Assembly: GCA_043228905.1 (NCBI GenBank)
Contig: JBHGNT010000013.1
Span: forward strand, 12,834,001 to 12,897,909
Source: Azolla caroliniana
Lineage: Eukaryota > Plantae > Polypodiophyta
Length of the DNA stretch: 63,909 nucleotides
Direction: 5' to 3'
Positions 62,939-63,909 of this stretch are shown piece after piece (the first letter of the stretch is position 1; every line of letters starts with the position of its first letter). The translations under genes were made by a program, and so were the position numbers. Under the pieces are notes generated by a model that was not told where the DNA came from, did no database searches, and was given only the letters and a program-made list of their open reading frames with translations.

Positions 62939-63909
62939 ACGTAGCATACGACATGAATCTATGGCACCCCACAATCCGAAGCAGAACAGAATTTCCGAGC
63001 GGATAAATCAGACAATTCCAGAAAGGATAGTTTCCATGCTCCAACACTCCGGACTATCGAATGGCTTCTGGGCAAAGGCACTGCTTATGGTAGTTCACAT
63101 AATCAATATGTCGCCGAGCAGGCCTCTCGGTCTTCGGATACCTCTGGAATCATGGACTGGCAGTAAGCCGAATTATGATAAGCTAAGGATTTTCAGGTGC
63201 GAGGCGTATGCCCTCATCCCGAAAGATGATCGCTGCAAACTTGCACCAAGGTCCAGGAAAAGTATTTTCCTTGGTTATGGAGTAGATGGCGAAATTGGCT
63301 ACCGACTCTGGGACCTTGAGCACAGACAAATCGTCTGAAGTTCGGACGTAGTGTTCAATGAGTTAGCCATGCACCAATCGGCCGAAAACCCGATTGAAGT
63401 CCTCAGGGTAATTTTTTTGGATGTGCCAACCCTTCATGAAGGCCCAACACAAATCACAAGGTTGGCTTCACGAGTAGCCAAAAATTCTAGTACCGACTCG
63501 ACAACATCCCACTCGGGACAACCGAATGTTTCAGCTACGGACCATCCGGCTATGACACCTGATGCGACTAGTCCAATCATACCTCGAAGATCCGAGAGAC
63601 TGTCGCAGCCCCAAGAGAGATACGCTCCTAGTATCTTCTTTACGAACATCGGTTCTCTGATGTCATACGAAGAAGCATCGGCATCTGGCAATGGAGTCCG
63701 AAATGAACTCCATTAGAGCAAACCAAACTTGGGACTTGGTCGAACTACCGAAAAATCGACGTGGTTTTCCGTGTAAATGGATCTATAGAATTAAAGAGAA
63801 GTCTGATTCGGCCACCCCAAAATTCAAGGCCAGATTAATTGCGAAAGGGTTTCAATAGAAATATGTCATCGATTTCGAGAAATTTTTTTTACTAGTGGTG
63901 AAAATCACA

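Larger units (their letters stand above)
57307..63909 (+). mobile_element. Element N: degenerate Ty1/copia; 5' LTR 57307-57632, decayed PBS 57635-57647, gag ~58267-58830, PR/IN 60870-61699, IN/RT 62939 to window end
   Basis: TGATATTAGAGCC (decayed iMet PBS), WLLDSG protease, integrase ORF 62961-63338, RT start; interrupted by J2 and a solo LTR. Confidence 0.82.

Overview
Eukaryotic, almost gene-free heterochromatin-type DNA, probably from a non-seed land plant such as a moss, fern or lycophyte (inferred only from the retrotransposon types). It is a deep nest of LTR retrotransposons. There are two intact, very young sister Ty1/copia elements (15415-20760 and 42929-48963) and older decayed copia copies. 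One Ty3/gypsy group is tRNA-Trp-primed and makes 4-bp CpG-centred target duplications (full copy 26174-34082). Chromovirus-type Ty3 elements carry a Tf1-like self-priming signature, heat-shock elements and a -1 frameshift cassette. One non-chromovirus Ty3 element has a long extra ORF and a tRNA 3'-end copy in place of its polypurine tract. A decaying tandem tRNA-Ser(UGA) array with a 5S-derived insert lies at about 39.76-41.88 kb. The most unusual signals are the inverted PBS at the PPT position (25616-25632), antisense tRNA-like Pol III A/B boxes inside LTRs of two Ty3 lineages, and a repeated rearrangement that resembles a fossilised self-primed strong-stop cDNA. No host protein-coding gene could be supported. 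Coordinates were read by eye, and ends of degenerate fragments are approximate.
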